Below the pieces are notes generated by a model. The model was given only the letters and a program-made list of their open reading frames with translations, had not been told where the DNA came from and ran no database searches. A program made the position numbers and the translations under genes. Shown here in pieces: positions 59,019-64,000 of a stretch of 64,000 bases of DNA. The stretch lies in the NCBI RefSeq assembly GCF_009914755.1, contig NC_060928.1. One strand, written 5' to 3'. The DNA comes from the human T2T-CHM13v2.0 reference genome, Homo sapiens. Numbering within the stretch: position 1 is the stretch's first letter; each line of letters starts with the position of its first letter.

Positions 59019-59308
59019 GGGAAGGAAAGAAGAAAGAAAGAGAAAAAGAGAAGGAAGGAAGGGAGGGAGGGAGGGAAGGAAGGAAGGAAGGGAGGAAGGA
59101 AGGAAGGAAGGGGAGGAAGGAAAGAAAGGAGGGAGAGAGGGGGAGAGAGAGAAGGAGAGAGAGAAAGAAAGTTAAGAAAGAGAGAGAAAGAAAGAAAAAG
59201 AGAGAAAGAAATAGAAAGAGAGAAAGAGGAAGGAAGGAAGGGAGGGAGGGGAGGCAAAGGGAGGGGAGGAAGTGAGGGAAGGGAGGGAGGGGAGGGAAGG
59301 GGGGGAAG
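59018..59308 (+). repeat. ~290-bp polypurine (GGAA/GA/GGGA) low-complexity tract
   Basis: Almost pure A/G on the plus strand. Confidence 0.95.
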
Positions 59309-60069
59309 ATCCTTAAATCCATTTTGCTAGGTGAAAGAAGTCAGTCTGAAAAAGCTAAATACTATTTTATTTCAACTATATGATATTCCAGGAAAGGCAA
59401 AACTAAATAGACAAAAAAAAACTGCTCTAAAAAATAAAGTCTATTGATTTTTTTTTAAAAAAAATTAATAGAAATGGAAAAAGCATAGACATTGGACTTA
59501 CTAGGCAAAGGCTTTAAATCAACTGTATTGAAAGTTAACTACGTGCTGTACTCAAAAAATAGTTATTCTCTTTTAAAGAAGAAGTTCTTTTATCCTTCCC
59601 CACCACCAAATATTAGACCAGCCGGTTTGATAATTTAAAAAAGCAGGCAAGAAGCCAGTCCCAAAAACTCCAAGACATACTCAGTAGTTTATACCAGTAT
59701 CCAGTTTGGCACCAACTCAGCCATCTGCTGCAACCAGTGACCCTTCACGGCTGAAGGGTTAACAAATCCATTTCTCTCTTTCTCCATGGACTGATCTGAC
59801 CTCAAGTTAACTTCCTAGCCCTATTCTGAAAACCTGAAACATGTAGAAAGTCAGCTGTGTACCAGCCAACATTACTTATTGTAACAATGATCCCTGACTG
59901 GTAAATTGCATCCAGGATGAAAGGACTGTGTATGAACTATAAGTACCAGGTAGAAAATTGAGCTTCTGAGTGTGGCCTATTGGGGCATTTGGGTATGAAT
60001 GTTTAGTTGAGCCTGAGAAACCTCCGATGGGCACTCGACAGTGGTGCCAGTGCTGAGCTAGACTTTCAG

Positions 60070-62245
<2,176 letters not shown>

Positions 62246-63548
62246 GACTTTCTGATCCCCAACCCAATTTGGCCAAGGTGACATCAAAAGAAAGGGAAGG
62301 GGAGGAAGGTGGTTGGCAGGACATTGAGGCCTGGCCAGGAGGTGGATCTGCCTGCAATGTGATGACCAAAGCCCTGTGGAATATGAGAGGGATCAATCCT
62401 TTTGGGAGGGCAGATGAGGACTGGAATGAGGCTATATTTATATCTTAAGGAGGAACTACCTACTCCCTCCACCTTCATGAATTGGACCTGACCAAAACTA
62501 GCCATAAGTGGCCTGGCAGAAATGATATCACCATTCATGGAGCCAGTGAGAAAATGCAATTAACCCAGGCCAAAGTGGTCATTTGTGCCTTGCTGGGGGC
62601 TGGTAGCAGGCACACAAGCCCACAGATCCCATGTTTGTGACTGGGAAAGAGGGGTGGGACTAAAATTATTCTACAGGGAAAGCAAGGAGCCAGTCTCAGA
62701 AACTCAGACATATGCTTAGGAGTCTACTCTCCTTAGGCTCTGATCCGCACAGAAAAGCATCTGTGAGCCCCCATGGGGGGCAAAGCCAGAATGCCTCTGT
62801 GTGCCAGCACACAAGGCCAGACAAGTCTCCATGGCCACCCAGCTCCGACAGGGGCATCCTGGCCGCCTGTCCTCATGACCTAATCACCTTCCAGAGGCTC
62901 ACACATCTAATACCATCACGTTGGTAATTAGGTTTCAACACATGAATTTCGAAGAGACACAAACATTCGGGCCATAGCAATGACACATATACTGTGCTTT
63001 TTTTTTTTAATCCCAGGAGTGTTTTAGTTATAGAATCTCATTGTTGACACAATTCCCATTACAATGGGTATTTTTCCAACCAACATTAGACTGCAAGCCA
63101 CAAATTTAGAGAGACAGGATTCAGCACATGATAATCTGAAAACATCAAGTTCTAACAGCTAACACACTGACAAAATGAAAAAGTTTGCCAGGCTAAAGCT
63201 GCCGTATGGAAGAGATAACTACTTTCTCAGGGCCCAGAAAGCCTCGTTGCATTACAACACATTATAGACATTGACGTTCATGACAATGATGCTGAGCAAA
63301 CAAGAAAAGAATACTTGACTGAGGCAGGGCGGCAGGTGCATGAGCCCACAAACCCCATGTTCATGACTGAGACAAAGGACTGGAACTGCCAGGCTGGCTC
63401 AGAACCTTTTCAGGCTCTGTTCTGCACAAGAAAGCATCTATGAGCTCCTGGGGGACAAAAGCAGCCACCAACATTTTTAAAGTAGGTCTCTGTGTTGCAG
63501 GGATAATTGAGAGCAGATTACCAAAATGAGCACTGCACATTGCTCAGT

Positions 63549-63768
63549 TTTATTTAAAAAGGACCCACTTTTCACCATCAGGGGATATACTGGAAATAGT
63601 AAAACAGTCAAGAGATGAATCCTTTATTTACAAAGGGTCCACTTTTCACCATCAGGGTATATATTGGAAATAGTAAAACAGGAAAGAGATGAGTCCTTTA
63701 TTTACAAAGGATCCACTTTTCATCATCAGAGGATATATTGGAAATAGTAAAACAGGCAAGAGATGAGT
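63549..63768. repeat. Three tandem copies of a 74-bp unit
   Basis: Units start at 63549, 63623 and 63697 (TTTATTTA..CCACTTTTCA..GGAAATAGTAAAACAG..AAGAGATGA). Confidence 0.95.
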
Positions 63769-64000
63769 AGAGTTTCAACCAACCTTTCTTTGGAAGAGTG
63801 AAAACTCTGAGTTGGGGAACTTTTATTACTGAATGGCGTATGGTTAAAAGCTCTTCACTGATCCATATAACTTCTCCCAACTGCCCATCAGAACACCCAC
63901 AGAGACACACATACATTTGAAAAATCCACTTGGCCACTGAAAACAAAGAAGCACAGAAATGTAATGGCAGGATCCAGGAGCATCTTCACTCACAAAAATG

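Noticed and set aside
58975-59330. Low-complexity R/E/G/K or L/S/P/F ORFs
   Set aside because: Translations of the polypurine tract.
63549-63768. CRISPR-like array
   Set aside because: Contiguous tandem units with no unique spacers, no cas genes, and the DNA is human.
63905-64000. Possible minus-strand exon with donor AAT|GTATGT at 63914
   Set aside because: The motif alone is weak and the acceptor would lie outside the window.

Overview
This is human genomic DNA from the chr4p14 TLR10-TLR1-TLR6 cluster, with all three genes on the minus strand. The window holds TLR10 exon 1 and promoter (~3.3-3.5 kb), the complete TLR1 gene (non-coding exons 1-3 plus the single coding exon, CDS 16892-19252) and the TLR6 coding exon (CDS 47221-49611). 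The TLR6 first exon was not identified here. The rest is mostly interspersed repeats (Alu, L1, MIR/L2, MaLR/ERV LTRs, hAT/Tigger/MULE DNA transposons, one SVA), which explain most of the short ORFs. I found no evidence of a new gene system. The most notable observations are: (1) an SVA ~2 kb upstream of TLR1 with a 17-bp TSD, a 3' transduction, a target-templated 5' junction and an atypical hexamer head; (2) an uneven TLR1/TLR6 gene-conversion tract; (3) a uORF-rich TLR1 leader, including a mini-uORF shared with TLR6 and a uORF stop overlapping the start codon; (4) a TLR1 248S/602I plus TLR6 249P haplotype that may be archaic-introgressed; (5) a ~250-bp locally templated insertion inside an MLT1 LTR; (6) an Alu replacing the RT core of an L1; and (7) an orphan CpG island downstream of TLR6. 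Repeat subfamily names and rsIDs are from recall and need confirmation.
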